Positions 12,686 through 26,353 of a DNA stretch of 64,000 nucleotides are shown here, in pieces. Both the position numbers and the translations under genes were made by a program. The first letter of the stretch is position 1; every line of letters begins with the position of its first letter. The notes beneath the pieces were generated by a model, which was not told the origin of the DNA, ran no database searches, and was given only the letters and a program-made list of their open reading frames with translations. This stretch comes from Octopus sinensis (lineage: Eukaryota), in the NCBI RefSeq assembly GCF_006345805.1, contig NC_043012.1, forward strand, positions 7,936,001 through 8,000,000, given 5' to 3'.

Positions 12686-15206
12686 AAAAAGCACCATCTG
12701 AACGTGGCCGTTGCCAGCGCCGCCTTGGCTGGCTTCCGTGCCGGTGGCACGTTAAAAGCTCCATCCAATCATGGCCGATGCCAGACCCCCCTGGCACCTG
12801 TGCAGGTGGCACGTAAAAAGCACCCACTTCACTCGCGGAGTGGTTGGCGTTAGGAAGGGCATCCAGCCGTAGAAACTCTGCCAGATCAGACTGGATCCTG
12901 GTGCAGCCCCTGGCTTCCCAGACCCCGGTCAAACCGTCCAACCCGTGCTAGCATGGAAAACGGACGTTAAACGATGATGATGATGTGTAGCTAAAACTGT
13001 TGGGAGTGTGGTTTGATGAATTGCAACGATCTCCTTAGTTCTGTTAGTCTGAAAGTATTTTCGCTTCTCCAGGCCACTTTGAACAACAAATCAAAATATA
13101 AGGTTGGCATTGTTGTTGCTGTTTAGCCCCAGGTTTTCCTTGACTGAGCAGCTTTATGACCAACTGCATCCCAGCAGGATTAGATTGTCCAGTGTATTGT
13201 ATGTTATTTAAGAATGGTAGGGCATAATTGGAATGCAGTTAGGTCGATATTTCTAGGAGGTTCGGTTGTGTTGGTTTGAAGGGAAGACATGTCTAGTGCT
13301 AAGCCCTTTGTTATTTATTATTCTAATGATGATACATCAACAGTTCACTTTAACAAAGGAGCTTCTATACCAGCAGTTCTCAGATGTGGCTTCCAGGGTC
13401 ACATGTGGCCTTCGAGGATCTTTCTGGCAGCCCCTGACACTCTTCCCTCTATAAATATGATAAATTTTTCTTTAATTGAAATGTTTTACTTTTTTTTTTA
13501 TTGGTGTGGCATCCTGAAAAAAATCCAGGTTTTGGATGTGGCCTGAATAGCAAAATGGTTGAGAACCCACTGCTCTATACAGTGGCTCAACCTACAAGAA
13601 GTAGCTGCCAAATCAACCTCAAATATGTATGTGTTAGATTAAAGACTAAAACAGTACTAAACACGATTAACATCTACTAGAAATTGTAGGATGTAAACAA
13701 ACTAAATAAATACATAAATGTATCTATGCATCTTCTTCATAACTCCTTAGTTTCAAGTTGAAAATTCTAATTCTGTGTCATGTTGTGAGGGGCTGGTTAT
13801 CTTCTTTGTATTAACATCCATCACTAGAGGGAACCACATGTAGTTCTAAACATAAAGAGTAAAGACCCCCTTTGGGTCATGAATGACCATGGGATTGCAC
13901 CCAGAAATTCCCCTCAGAAGCACAAGTCCAGACAAGGTTGTTTATGGAAGACCAACAGTTGCCCATGCATACCAGCCTCTCTTCACCACAACACTGATGT
14001 TATCCAAGGCAAAGGTAAAGGAGACGATACAGCTTGGCACCAGTGATGTCGTAACTCATTTCTACAGCTGAGTGAACTGGAGCAACATGAAATAAAGTGT
14101 CTTGCTCAAGAACACAACACGCAGCCTGGTCTGGGAATCAAACTCAGTACCTCCTTTATTGTGAGCCCGACGCTCTAACCACTGAGCCATACATAATGGT
14201 CATGTCATGGTTGGAACCCCTTAGATCATAGATTTGCTCAGTCTGATTAGCAGTCAGTGAGTTTGATATATTAAGGATTTGCTATTAATGTGACCTGTTG
14301 AGGCAAGTGAAAATCAAATCAAATCAAAATCGATGAACATTAATGGAATTTGTATTTTTGTGGTACCAGTGCCGGTGGCACATAAGAAAACCATCCGAAC
14401 GTAGCCGTAGCCAGTTTCGCATAGACTGGCCTCCGTGCTGTGGGCACATAACAAACACCATCCGATTGTGGCCGTGCCAGCCTCGCCTGGCACCTGTGTC
14501 CGTGGCACATAAAAAAACACCATCTGAGCGTGGCCGTTCGCCAGCCTCGTCTGACACCTGTGTCGGTGGCACATAAAAAGCACCCACTACACTCACAGAG
14601 TGGTTGGCGTTAGGAAGGGCATCCAGCTGTAGAAACACTGCCAGATCTGACTGGCCTGGTGCAGCCTTCGGGCTTCCCAGACCCCAGTTGAACCGTCCAA
14701 CCCATGCTAGCATGCAAAGCGGACGTTAAACGATGATGATGATGATGATGTGTGTGTGTGTGTGTGTGATATTTTAATTATTGTGTCATGTAATTATGAT
14801 TAGTAGTCAGTAAGCATGTGTGTGCGCCCTCTAATAATTAGTAGTCAACTAATGAGAACGTGTGTGGTGTTGTATTTATGATTAAATACTAAGCTGGTCC
14901 TGCAACTACTTTAATCTTATCGAGAAAATGCTGGCGTCAGGATAAATGGTTTTGTAAATTTTCAGGTGTGAATGTATTTGAGATGTGTGTATATAGGGTG
15001 TGTATAGTTTCAATGTGTGGCATGTGTATGTATGTGTACTGTATATACTAGTTATGTGTGTATGTGTGCAACATGTGTACGAGTTGCCTATGACATGTAT
15101 ATGAGTAGGTTTTGTGTATGTGTGTTTAACCAAGTGTTAAAGTGTGTATCTTGTTGCTGTTAATATTAATCAAATATTTTCAATGAATTGTTTTTCATTT
15201 TTTTAG

Positions 15207-15268
15207 CCACCACCTTCGTTACCAAAAGGAAAATTCTCTCCAGAATTCATAGATTTTGTGGATAGATG
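15207..15268 (+). CDS. MAP2K1: MEK1/2-type MAP kinase kinase, internal coding exon (third from last)
   Basis: ttttttag|CCA CCA CCT TCG...GAT AGA TG|gtaagt, 62 nt, PPPSLPKGKFSPEFIDFVDR(C); compare human MEK1 [21 protein letters not shown]. Confidence 0.9.
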
Positions 15269-16064
15269 GTAAGTCACTGTCATCATTGTTGTGATCATCA
15301 TCATCTTTTTTTATTGCCATTCTCCTTACAAGAACTCATTACAGCTGTGTCAAACAAAAGCATCATCTCTATTTGGGGTGGACTTAATAATCTATCACTT
15401 GCTTTACCCCACTGCCACCACTCAACCTAAGGATACCTACAGCAGGGTCCACTCTGTTGTAAGCAGTAGGGCATGGGCCCTGATCTGAAGATAATAGATG
15501 CAGGCATCGCTGTGTGGTAAGAAGTTTGCTTCCCAACCATATGGTTCCGGGTTCGGTCTCACTGTGTGGCACCCTGGACAAGTGTCTTCTTCTATAGCCT
15601 CAGGCTGACTAAAGCTTTGTGAGTGGATTTGATAGATGGAAACTGAAAGAAGCCTGTCATGTGTGCATCTGTTTGTGTCTATGTTTGTCCCCTACAACCA
15701 CTTGGCAACCAGTTTTGGTGTGTTTATCTCCCCCATAACTTAGTGGTTCGGCAAAAGTAACTGATAGAATATATACCGGACTTAAAAATAAAAAAAGTAC
15801 TGGGGTCGATTCATTTGACTAAAAAATCTCCAAGGTGATGCCCCAGCATGGCCACAGTCTCATGGCTGAAACAAGTAAAAAGGTAAAAGATAACCCTGCA
15901 CATATCCTGCAATCAATCTGACCACTCTACGAGGCCCTGGGGAAAGTCTTGAGCATTGCCCTTCCTGGGAAACTGCCCTGCCCCTTAACTCTTTTAAAAG
16001 AGAAAATTATAAATTTAACACTCTATGATGGATGGATCCTATGCATTCACAACAACAACATTAA

Positions 16065-16284
16065 CCCTTTAGTGTTCAGATTACTCTGTTAAATGTAATA
16101 CTTTTTCACTCAAATTGTTTTGAATTAATCAAGCATTATCTTATAGCTTTGAGGTTTCAATGATGTGATTGTTTATTTTTAGAATGTCAATGTAGGTTAG
16201 GTGTGAAAGGCTAGATATCGTCAGTTTGAATATAAAACATATAGAATATTTGGGCCGGATATGGCCGGTTTGAACACTAAAGGG
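16065..16284. mobile_element. piggyBac-type MITE (same family as 8582-8800)
   Basis: TTAA|CCCTTTAGTGTTCA ... TGAACACTAAAGGG|TTAA. Confidence 0.8.
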
Positions 16285-19200
16285 TTAAGTCCTCATTTTT
16301 GCTATTTGATCTAACAGTTGAAAGTTGCATGTTATCATGCCCCAGTGAACACATAAATTTCAATATGATCCTTGCCCTTGATAGCAGGTGATAGTCACTT
16401 TCTCAACAGACCTGCTATTCTACACCCAGTTTAAATTTAGTTTTAGGAACCAACAATGGATCTTGTATGCCTCTACTTGACTTGCTAGAAATAACAAGCT
16501 ACATTCTCCTTCAGATCACATCATATCATCTTAAAAATGTACTCTTAGAAAATCCCAAATTAGGGTTATTTTGGAGATTATTAAAATGAAGGAATGGTCA
16601 TGGCTGGAATATCTTCAATCCTCAACTGATGTTTTAATCATTGACTTTGAATGGATGAAGAGGCTGAGTTGACCCCAATAGAATTTGAACTCAAGAATGC
16701 AGACTGTTGAAACAAATACTGCAAGATGTTCTATAGGTGCATACATAGCTGTGTGGTAAGAACCACAGGGTTCTGGGTTCAGTCCCACTGTGTGGCACCT
16801 GGGCAAGTGTCTTCTGCTATAGCCTCAGGCCGACCAAAGCCTTGTGAGTAGATTTGGTAGGTGGAAACTGAAAGAAGCCTGTCGTGTATATATGTATATG
16901 TCTGTGTTTGTCCCCTCACCATTGCTTGACAACTGATGCTGGTGTGTTTACGTCCCTGTAACATTAGCAGTTTGGCAAAAGATACTGGTAGAATAAGTAC
17001 CAGGTTTACAAAGAATAAGACCTGGGGTTGATTTGTTTGACTGAAGACGGTGCTCCAGCATGGCCGCAGTCAAATGACTGAAACAAGTAAAAGAATAAAA
17101 GAAAAGAATGATGGTCAGCCAACGTTACTCTGCATGGACCATGGGGCCATTTTCCTGCTCTCTCTAGCGTATATATTCCTTCTTGGATGGGATGCCAGTC
17201 CGTCACAGGAATACTCATTTTTACCAGCTGAGTGGACTGGAGCAGCAAGGAATGAAGTGTTGTGCTCAAGAACACAACACATCACCCAGTCCAGGAATGG
17301 AAAGCGTAATCTAATGATCAGGAGTCCAACACCCTAACCTCTAAGCCATGAACCTCCACGGTTCTGTATGCTGTATTTCACCAATTTGCTGTCTTTCTGT
17401 GTTGGGCATCAGATAGCAAAAATTGTTACATCATCATCATCATCCACATATGTATGTCTCCATTCATCCATCACAAGGTCCAGTCCTTGTTGTGATGTGG
17501 TGGCTTATATGCATCAATGACCCTGAGAGCTATGCCAGCAGAACACAAGCTCCTGGAAAGGCTTTTCATGCTGGACAGGTCAAATATGGACCACTTCTTT
17601 CTAAAAGTAAATTCAGTTTCCACTGGGCCAAGACTGCTACCTAGAGGGAAAAAAAAAAGGGGCTAAGATACAAAAGTTTTGATGACAATTCAAAACTAAC
17701 TAGAGCTGGGATATATAGCCCTTCCCTTAGGGAAACTTATAGTGCAGCATAGCAATATCTGAAAGGAAACAAAACATCCTGCATTATATGTTAGGCCCTT
17801 ATCTGAAAACCACAAGTGAGGTGGAAGAGGGGTTTCCCTAAAAATATCTGGAAGTGGGACACTGAGGGAGGGTTCTTGAAAAAGCAGGGATCTAACTGGA
17901 GGGAAGCAGAAAAGGTAGCCCAGAGTAGAGAATATTGGAGAAAAGTTGATGGTCCATGCTCCATAGGGAACAAGGGGCTTTAACCTCTACATCTTCACCC
18001 TTTTTTTCTTTTTACCACATGGGGTAGCTATATGGCTCTTGTACTGCGAGACATTTTTCTTGCCCCCCCTCACCTCTCATCATGTAGCATAAAGCCACCT
18101 CCTTCAGTGGTGGTGGTGAGGGCTTGTCTTGTGAGGTAATTAGTGACCTCACTAGCACTCAGTACACTTTCTATATATAAAGTGGTTGGTGCTAGAAAGG
18201 GCATCTAGTTGTAGAAACCATTCCAAAGCAGACATTGGAGTTTGGTGCAGTCCTCTGGTTCACCAACTCCTATCAGACTGTCCAACCCACAACAGCATGA
18301 AAAATGGACATTAACCCTTTAGCATTTAAACTACCCATATCTGGCCCAAATATTCTACCTGTTTTATGTTCCAACCAGCCAGATTTGACCTCTCATACCT
18401 ACTCTGCAATGTCATTCTAAAAATAGATGATCACATAAAAAGCACACAGTACACTTCTATATATAAAGTGGTTGGTGTTAGAAAGGTCGAAGAAGTGGCT
18501 GTGTGGTAAGTAGCTTGCTTACAAACCACATGGTTCCGGGTTCAGTCCCACTGTGTGGCACCTTGGGCAAGTATCTTCTTCTATAGCCTCGGTCTGACCA
18601 AAACCTTGTAAGTGGATTTGGTAGATGGAAACTGAAAGAAGCCCATCGTATATATGTATGTATGTATGTATGTGTTTGTCCCCCCCCCATCATTGCTTGA
18701 CAACCGATGCTGGTGTGTTTATGTCCCCGTAACTTAGCGGTTTGGCAAAAAATACCAATAGAATAAGTACTAGGCTTACAAAGAATAAGTCCTGGGGTCG
18801 ATTTGCTCGATAAAAGGTGGTGCTCCAGCATGGCCTCAGTCAAATGACTGAAATGAGTAAAAGAGTAAACGAACCCCACATCTGAAATCTCAAAGCTATG
18901 AGATAATGCAGATTAAATGAAAACAATGCTATTAAATAAGCATTACTTTTGACAGAGTAATCTGAATACCAGAGGGTTAAACCGGCCATATCCAGCTCAA
19001 ATATTCCAGCTGTTTTATGTTCAAACCAGCAAGATTCAGCCTCTTGCACCTACCCGACAATGTCATTCTGAAACTAAAGAAACACGCCATTGAAATTTCA
19101 AAGCTACAAGATAATGCATGGTTCATCAAAAACAATTTGAATATATAAGCATTACATTTGACAGAGTAATCTGAATGCTAATGGGTTAAATGATGATGAT

Positions 19201-19788
19201 GATGATCTGTCATAACTTCAGAATTCTCTAAATCAAAGATAAATATACATCATCATCATTATCATTTAACGTCCATTCTCCATGCTAGCATGGGTTGGAT
19301 GGTTCGACCGGGGATCTGGGAAGCCAGAAGGCTGCACCAGGCTCCAGTCTGATCTGGCAGTGTTTCTACAGCTGGATGCCCTTCCTGACGCCAACCACTC
19401 CGTGAGTGTAGTGGATGCTTTTTATGTGCCACCTGCACTGGTGCCAGGCGAGGCTGGCATCGGCCACGATTCGGATGGTGCATTTTACGTGCCACCGGCA
19501 CGGAAGCCAGTCAAGGCGGCACTGGCATCGGCCACGATTCGGATAGCGCTTTTTACAACTACAACAATTGTAGTTTGTTTTGTAGAGTGAAAATACAATA
19601 TATAAAAAAAACACGCGTGTGCACACACATTAAGGTGGTAAATTAGTAAAATTATTAACATGGTACAGGCATTGTTCCGGGTTCAGTCCCACTGCATAGC
19701 ATCTCGGGCAAGTGCCTTCTACTGTAGCCTTGGGCCAACCAGAGCCTTGTGAGTGGATTTGGTGGATGGAAACTGAAAGAAGCTCATC

Positions 19789-19822
<34 letters not shown>

Positions 19823-20739
19823 TTGTGTCCCCCCCCCCACTGCTTGACAACTGGTGTTGGGGTGATTACTTCCTTGTAACTTAGCAGTTCGGCAAAAGAT
19901 ACTGATAGAATAAGTACTAGGCTTAAAATATATAATCCCTGGGTTGAATTTGTTTGACTAAAAACCCTCAAGGTCATGCTCCAGCATGGCTGCAGTCAAA
20001 TGGCCGAAACAAATGAAAGATATAAGAACATTAAGAGAGAACATTTTGCAGTATTTGTTTCCACATTCTGCATTCTTGAGTTCAAATTCCATTGGTGGGG
20101 GCCTACCTTGCCTTCTCATCCTTTGAATGAATTCCAATATTTTAAATCTGGGTTTGTCCCCGTTAATGGGGTTGGGCAGATCTACCTCACTCTAACAGTA
20201 ACTGCTCTCACAGAATCTCGCCATCTTGCCTAGTTTTGGGCACCCTCCTTCCTCAAGCCAACCCTCCCAATCTCCCCCTCCACCCGTCCCCTTCATGTTT
20301 TCTTAGGTCGACTTCACTTTCGCAGTTCATTCACTTTAAACTCAAGCACTCTGCAGGAGTGGCTGTGTGGTAAGTAGCTTGCTTACCAACCACATGGTTC
20401 TGGGTTCGGACCCACTGCGTGGTACCTTGGGCAAGTGCCTTCTGCTATAGCCTTGGGCCGACCAAAGCCTTGTGAGTGGATTTAGTAGATGGAAACCGAA
20501 AGAAGCCCATCGTATATATGTATATATATATATGTTTGTCCCCCCAACATTGCCTGACAACTGATGCTGGTGTGTTTATGTCCTCGTAACTTAGCGGTTC
20601 GTCAAAAGAGACTGATAGAATAAGTACTAGGTTTACAAAGAATAAGTCCTGGGGTTGATTTGTTCAACTAAAGGCGGTGCTCCAGCATGGCCGCAGTCAA
20701 ATGACTGAAACAAGTAAAAGAGTGAAGAGTCAGAGTATC

Positions 20740-20960
20740 CTTCCTCAGCACATGTCCATACCACTGCACTCCATTTGCCCTTGCCAGCTGTTCCACTGAT
20801 TCCTCCAACCACAGCATCCCCATCAAGTTCTCAGCCTTTCTTCTTATCCAATAGTTTCACACCACCCATAGCTCTCTTGATCCTTCTCAAAATTGTCATT
20901 TCGCTTTCCCTCAGACTCCATGTCTCACTCCCTTACAGCATTGCAGATCTCATGCAACTC
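20740..20960 (-). mobile_element. RTE LINE remnant
   Basis: The minus strand encodes CMRSAML*GSETWSLRESE...RAM, the YGxETW-type motif downstream of RTE reverse transcriptase. Confidence 0.55.
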
Positions 20961-21212
20961 CAATAAACCCTTCCTTTCAGAGACAATAATTGAAGTACCA
21001 GTCCAGTGATATCATAGGCATTCTAGCCATGACCATCCTTTCATTTTAACCATTTTGTTACCATATTTCTGTTGATACGCTCTGTGTTTCTTTCAATTAA
21101 TTTTAAATATAAGAGTTTAGTAAAATAACTTTGTTATTATTAAGCTAGTGTTAGGCACCACTAATTGTGACTAAGATTTTAATTCAGAACTTTTGAAAAC
21201 AAGACATTTTTA

Positions 21213-21646
21213 GGATCTTTTCCGTTTGAACGGCAGTTTTTTCTAGCGGTGTCAGCTGAAATTGTCACCCATAATTATGACCCTAGTATTGATCTGTTGC
21301 ATTTCAATCTATTTTAGAGTTATGGTTAGTTAGGGTAAGGGGTGGGTGGAAGGGTATCTTTTTTTCTTCACAAATGTAAATAAACCCAATCTGTTTGTTA
21401 AACGAGGGACATATTCATACGGCACAGAAAGTTTTCACCTCAATAGATGGTCATTGATTGGTTGAAATTGCCGAAATGTAAGAAATTGAAGAAAAAACAA
21501 CAAATATCTTACAAACTATAGAATTTTCTCAATAAAGCCAAGAGAAAAAGATGATTTATAAACACATTCTACCAGTATACGAAGTTTAAAATTTTTTAGT
21601 TACCTAGAAATTATGTTAAAAACTGCCGTTCAAACCGAAAAGATCC
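21213..21646. mobile_element. MITE with ~28-bp TIRs and 8-bp TSD (Merlin/hAT-type)
   Basis: CATTTTTA|GGATCTTTTCCGTTTGAACGGCAGTTTTT ... AAAAACTGCCGTTCAAACCGAAAAGATCC|CATTTTTA. Confidence 0.85.
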
Positions 21647-22295
21647 CATTTTTACTTCCGAGGTGGTTTCAGGTGGGTTGGTAACCCTTATCTAGGACCA
21701 CATTTTCTAATAATTGAACTGCAAGACTTGGTGGTGTTTTGTATCTGTTACCTCCCCTCTTACTGCATGCATTGCTCTAGCATGGCCACACTCAGTCCCG
21801 TATCTGGAATCGGTACAGGCACATGTAACAGTTTGTTAATACATGTCAATGTTTAGTTGCATTTTGTCTGTCTTTACATTTTGAGTTCAAATACCTCCAA
21901 GGTTGACTTTGCCTATCATCCTTTTGGGGTTGATAAAATAAGTACCAGCTGAGCACTGGGGGTCAATGTAATTGACTTAATGTAATTGCCGAAATTGCTG
22001 GCTTTGTGTCAAAATTTGAAAACAATATGTTTAAAGTTAATCAACGCAAAATAAGATCAAATGAGTAGAGAGATCAAATGAACAGAGAGGAAATAGAATC
22101 ATATGGTAGAAGGGTGAGGATAGTGGGAGGTGATTTTATTGAAATGCACAGCTATGAACTGGGTTCAATCCCAGATCATTAGTGACAAAATGATTTTATA
22201 ATTATGAATTTATTAATAAGTGTTACTTAGTTTTTTTTAAATCTTTTTTTAATGAAGTTTTGTTTATTTTTATTTTTTTCACTTCTTTTTTAAAG

Positions 22296-22341
22296 CTTGA
22301 AGAAAAATCCATCAGAAAGGGCAGATTTACAGTCACTGAAG
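22296..22341 (+). CDS. MAP2K1: MEK1/2-type MAP kinase kinase, penultimate coding exon
   Basis: ttttaaag|C TTG AAG AAA AAT CCA...CTG AAG|gtaaat, 46 nt, in phase with the previous exon. (C)LKKNPSERADLQSLK; compare human CLIKNPAERADLKQLM (kinase subdomain XI Arg). Confidence 0.92.
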
Positions 22342-22349
22342 GTAAATAA

Positions 22350-22810
22350 TTCTTTCTCTCTCTATCTATTTCTCTGTTTGTCTATCTGTCTCTCAACCTG
22401 TCTGTGTGTCATTCCACCTCTCTCTGTATCTGTCTGTCTATCTACCTATCTGTTTATCTATTTGTGTGTCAATCTACCTCTCTCTCTACCTCTTTGTCTA
22501 TATACCTACCTATCTATCAATCTATTTGTGTGCCTGTCTGTCTATCTGTCTACTTATCTATCAATCTGTCTGTCTGTCTGTCTACATACCTATCTATCAA
22601 TCTGTCTGTCTGTCTGTCTACCTATCTATCAATCTGTCTGTCTACCTATCTATCAATCTGTCTGTCTACCTATCTATCAATCTGTCTGTCTACCTATCTA
22701 TCAATCTGTCTGTCTACCTATCTATCAATCTGTCTATCTGTCTACCTACCTATCTATCAATCTGTCTCTGTCTACCTAGCTATCAATCTATTTGTGTGTC
22801 TATCTATTTC
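22350..22810. repeat. Compound (CTAT/CTGT/CTAC)n repeat with a 24-bp higher-order unit
   Basis: TCTATCAATCTGTCTGTCTACCTA is reiterated several times between ~22600 and 22760. Confidence 0.9.
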
Positions 22811-23387
22811 ATATATGTGCATCATTGTTATTAACATCATCATGTTTTAACGTCCATCTTCTATGCTGGCATGGGTTGGATGATTTGACAGATTTAAACA
22901 GCCTAAGGACTGCATCTTGCTCCAATATCTGTTATGACAAATGTTTCGACAGCTGTTTCTGCAGTGTGAAGTCACTCTTTCTTTTGTGGCACCAGCACCA
23001 GTGAGGTTGCCATGCAGTTTGCATGACTTAAGATTTCTTCTGACAGTAGAGAGGGAAGTGGTTTTAAGCTAGGATATGAGAAGTTAAAAGTATGAACAGG
23101 TTTTCTGCTACAGAGGAATTACATGGCTACTCACACTGGGTGGGAGTAACTGAGGCAGAGCTAAAGTAGCAGTGATGAGGTATTGGGATGCCTCTCATGC
23201 AGATACCTCGGTTTACCTCTCATACGAATACTTTGGGTTACTTCGTATAAACACCTCGGGTTGCCTCTGATGTAGGCGCCTTATTATGGCTGTGTTATCC
23301 GCAGATTGGGTGGCCTCTACTATAAGTAACTTACTCTGGTTCTGCTCTGGACAGTTGGTAATTTCAATGTACAATATATATATATAT

Positions 23388-23645
23388 ATCCGCTCAGTCG
23401 AAGTTGACTCTTGGTTACTCCATGGATCAGTGTCCTCCAGTCAGTTCATCCTGGGTCGCTTCTTTCAGATTGGCTATGTCCATTCCGGTATCATTCTTGA
23501 TGGTGTCAAACCAGCGGGTTCTTGGTCGGCCTCTTCCTTTCTTGCCACTGACCATTCCGAGCATGATGTCCTTCTCCAGGGATTTTCTCCGCATAATACG
23601 ACCAAAATATGCCAATCAATGCTTGGTGATCCTAGCTTCTAAAGT
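23388..23645 (-). mobile_element. RTE (BovB-like) LINE 3' end
   Basis: LAYFGRIMRRKSLEKDIMLGMVSGKKGRGRPRTRWFD, followed by the characteristic CATGGAGTAACCAAGAGTC...CGACTGAGC 3' terminus. Confidence 0.85.
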
Positions 23646-23866
23646 AATTGTTGTAATTGTATATTTATCTTCAGTTAAAAGAATGCTGGATTTATGATTG
23701 TTCGTCATCTTTTTCATATCTTTCTTCTTCTTCTGGGTGCTTTTTATGTGGCACCAGCATTAATTTGTAAGGTCACCGAGTAACTCACAAAACCAGACCC
23801 ATCAACTGAGTAGAGTGATGTATTGAGGGAAGTGGCTTAATGCCAAGTGATACATAGCTACCCTAG

Positions 23867-24250
23867 TGGAGGCGCAATGGCCCAGTGGTTAGGGCAGCGG
23901 ACTGGTGGTCATAGGATCGTGGTTTCGATTCCCAGACCGGGCATTGTGAGTGTTTATTGAGCGAAAACACCTAAAAGCTCCACGAGGCTCCGCAGGGGAT
24001 GGTGGTGATCCCTGCTGTACTCTTTCACCACAACTTTCTCTCAATCTTACTTCCTGTTTCTGTTGTACCTGTATTTCAAAGGGCCGGCCTTGTCACTCTC
24101 TGTGTCACGCTGAATATCCCCGAGAACTACGTTAAGGGTGCACGTGCCTGTGGAGTGCTCATCCACTTACACGTTAATTTCACGAGCAGGCTGTTCCGTT
24201 GATTCGGATCAACCGGAACCCTCATCGTCATAACCGACGGAGTGCTTCCA
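23867..24250 (+). mobile_element. tRNA-derived SINE family D
   Basis: GTGGAGGCGCAATGGCCCAGTGGTTAGGGCAGCGGAC...GGTTTCGATTCC with A and B boxes. Related copies at 27447, 27779 and 36011. Confidence 0.8.
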
Positions 24251-24664
24251 TCCACATAGCTACCCTATTAGGTAAAGAGAGAAAATAGTGAAAATGTCTG
24301 GGGATAATCTCAAGTGACAAGGAAGGTGACTATGAGAGAAGTGGTACAGAATATTGGGTTTGCAAAAATTTGATGGATAGACGTGGTAATAGGTTAGTCC
24401 ACATTACTCTGTAAGGAGCATAGGGTTGGCTTCCCGGTTTTTCTGGCATGTATATTCCTCCCTGGATGGGATGCTGGTCTGTCACAGAATTACTCATTTT
24501 TTTTCCCACTCGAGTGAACTGGAACAATGTGAAATGAAGTGTTTTGCTCAAGAACACAATGCATTGCCTGGTTCAGGAAAGGAAACTGCAATCTTATGAT
24601 CATGAGTCCAGCACCCTAACCATTAAGCCATTTGCCTTCACTAGAGTGCAGAAAATGGTGAGGC

Positions 24665-25377
24665 CAGTTGAGGGTGTGGTTGGCCGTGGGTATCAGTTGA
24701 GGGTGTGGTTGGCCGTGGGTATCAGTTGAGGGTGTGGTTGGCTGTGGGTATCAGTTGAGGGTGTGGTTGGCTGTGGGTATCAGTTGAGGGTGTGGTTGGC
24801 TGTGGGTATCAGTTGAGGGTGTGGTTGGCTGTGGGTATCAGTTGAGGGTGTGGTTGGCTGTGGGTATCAGTTGAGGGTTGTGTGGTGGCTGTGGGTATCA
24901 GTTGAGGGTGTGGTTGGCTGTGGGTATCAGTTGAGGGTGTGGTTGGCTGTGGGTATCAGTTGAGGGTGTGGTTGGCTGTGGGTATCAGTTGAGGTGGTGG
25001 TTGGCTGTGGGTATCAGTTGAGGGTGTGGTGGCTGTGGGTATCAGTTGAGGGTGTGTTGGCTGTGGGTATCAGTTGAGGGTGTGTTGTGGTTGGCTGTGG
25101 GTATCAGTTGAGGGTGTGGTTGGCTGTGGGTATCAGTGAGGGTGTGTGTGGTTGGCTGTGGGTATCAGTTGAGGGTGTGGTTGGCTGTGGGTATCAGTTG
25201 AGGGTGTGGTTGGCTGTGGGTATCAGTTGAGGGTGTGGTTGGCTGTGGGTATCAGTTGAGGGTGTGGTTGGCTGTGGGTATCAGTTGAGGGTGTGGTTGG
25301 CTGTGGGTATCAGTTGAGGGTGTGGTTGGCCGTGGGTATCAGTTGAGGGTGTGGTTGGCTGTGGGTATCAGTTGAGG
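24665..25377 (+). repeat. 29-bp G-rich minisatellite, ~24 copies
   Basis: Unit CAGTTGAGGGTGTGGTTGGCTGTGGGTAT, in tandem and nearly homogeneous. Confidence 0.97.
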
Positions 25378-25540
25378 TGGTGGTGTGGGGGAGGAAAGAG
25401 GATTAGGTCAGAGGTGTTTAGTAAATATTTTGTGTGATTCAACCCTCCAAAAAGTCTAAAATTTTTCTTCTTCCTTTGTTCTCAGTCTTATATTGTTTTT
25501 TTTTCTATTTTTTTTTTTCCAATTCTTCTCTGGACTTTAG

Positions 25541-25636
25541 GACCATCCATTTGTGAGGAAAGCCGAGGCAGAACCTATTGATGTCGGATATTGGTTATGT
25601 AAAGTGATGGGCATGGATCCGGAACAACAAGGCTGA
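25541..25636 (+). CDS. MAP2K1: MEK1/2-type MAP kinase kinase, last coding exon
   Basis: Polypyrimidine tract...ctttag|GAC CAT CCA TTT...GGC TGA; DHPFVRKAEAEPIDVGYWLCKVMGMDPEQQG*; compare human [25 protein letters not shown]. Confidence 0.9.
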   Translation, partial: DHPFVRKAEAEPIDVGYWLCKVMGMDPEQQG

Positions 25637-26322
25637 AGGCTGTTTTGATTTCTTCTTCTCTCCCCTCTCTCTCTTCTTGGGCAAGGATGGAACTGAATGC
25701 AGCAGCAGTAGCAACAGCAGGGTCTGGTGTTGACTGTAGCAGCAGCAGCAGTGACAGTGGTGGTGGTGATGGTGGTGGTGGTGATGGTGGTGGTGGTGGT
25801 AGATATTGTAGTTAAAGTTATAGTCGTAGTAGAAAGAAGTATTAGTAGCAGCTATCATGATGATGATGATGGTGGTGGTGGTGGTGGTGGTGGTAGTAGT
25901 AGTTGTGGGGGTCAGTGAAAGGTAAGGATGAGCAATATGGAAACAACAACAACAATAGCTACAACTCCTGAAACTGTTTGGTAAACCACTCAGGAATTCC
26001 TAATGGTTTTTGTGGTTTGTGGGTGCAGCAGGTCACATGACCTGTGCCTCACCCAACATGGAGTTTTTTTTTTTTTTGTTTCTTTCTCTCTCTCTCTCTC
26101 TCTTCTCTCGTCTTCTACCTGAGATCAATATCTGAGACTCTCCTTGCTGTAATAATAATAATTATAATAATAGTAGTAGTAGTAACATCAACAACAATAA
26201 TAATGATTAGGTAAAAAAAAATGAATAAATAAATAAAAAATATATAGATAGACAAATAGAAATGGATGTATTATCTGAAGAGATATTGAACTGGTCACTA
26301 CAAATCTAAGGGAGACAGTCGC

Positions 26323-26353
<31 letters not shown>

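Noticed and set aside
22297-22850. Three overlapping 140-160 aa ORFs
   Set aside because: Only the first 15 codons of 22297 are real (MAP2K1 exon); the rest is tetranucleotide repeat read-through.
24665-25377. CRISPR-like array (29-bp repeat)
   Set aside because: No unique spacers, eukaryotic intron, no cas genes; it is a plain minisatellite.
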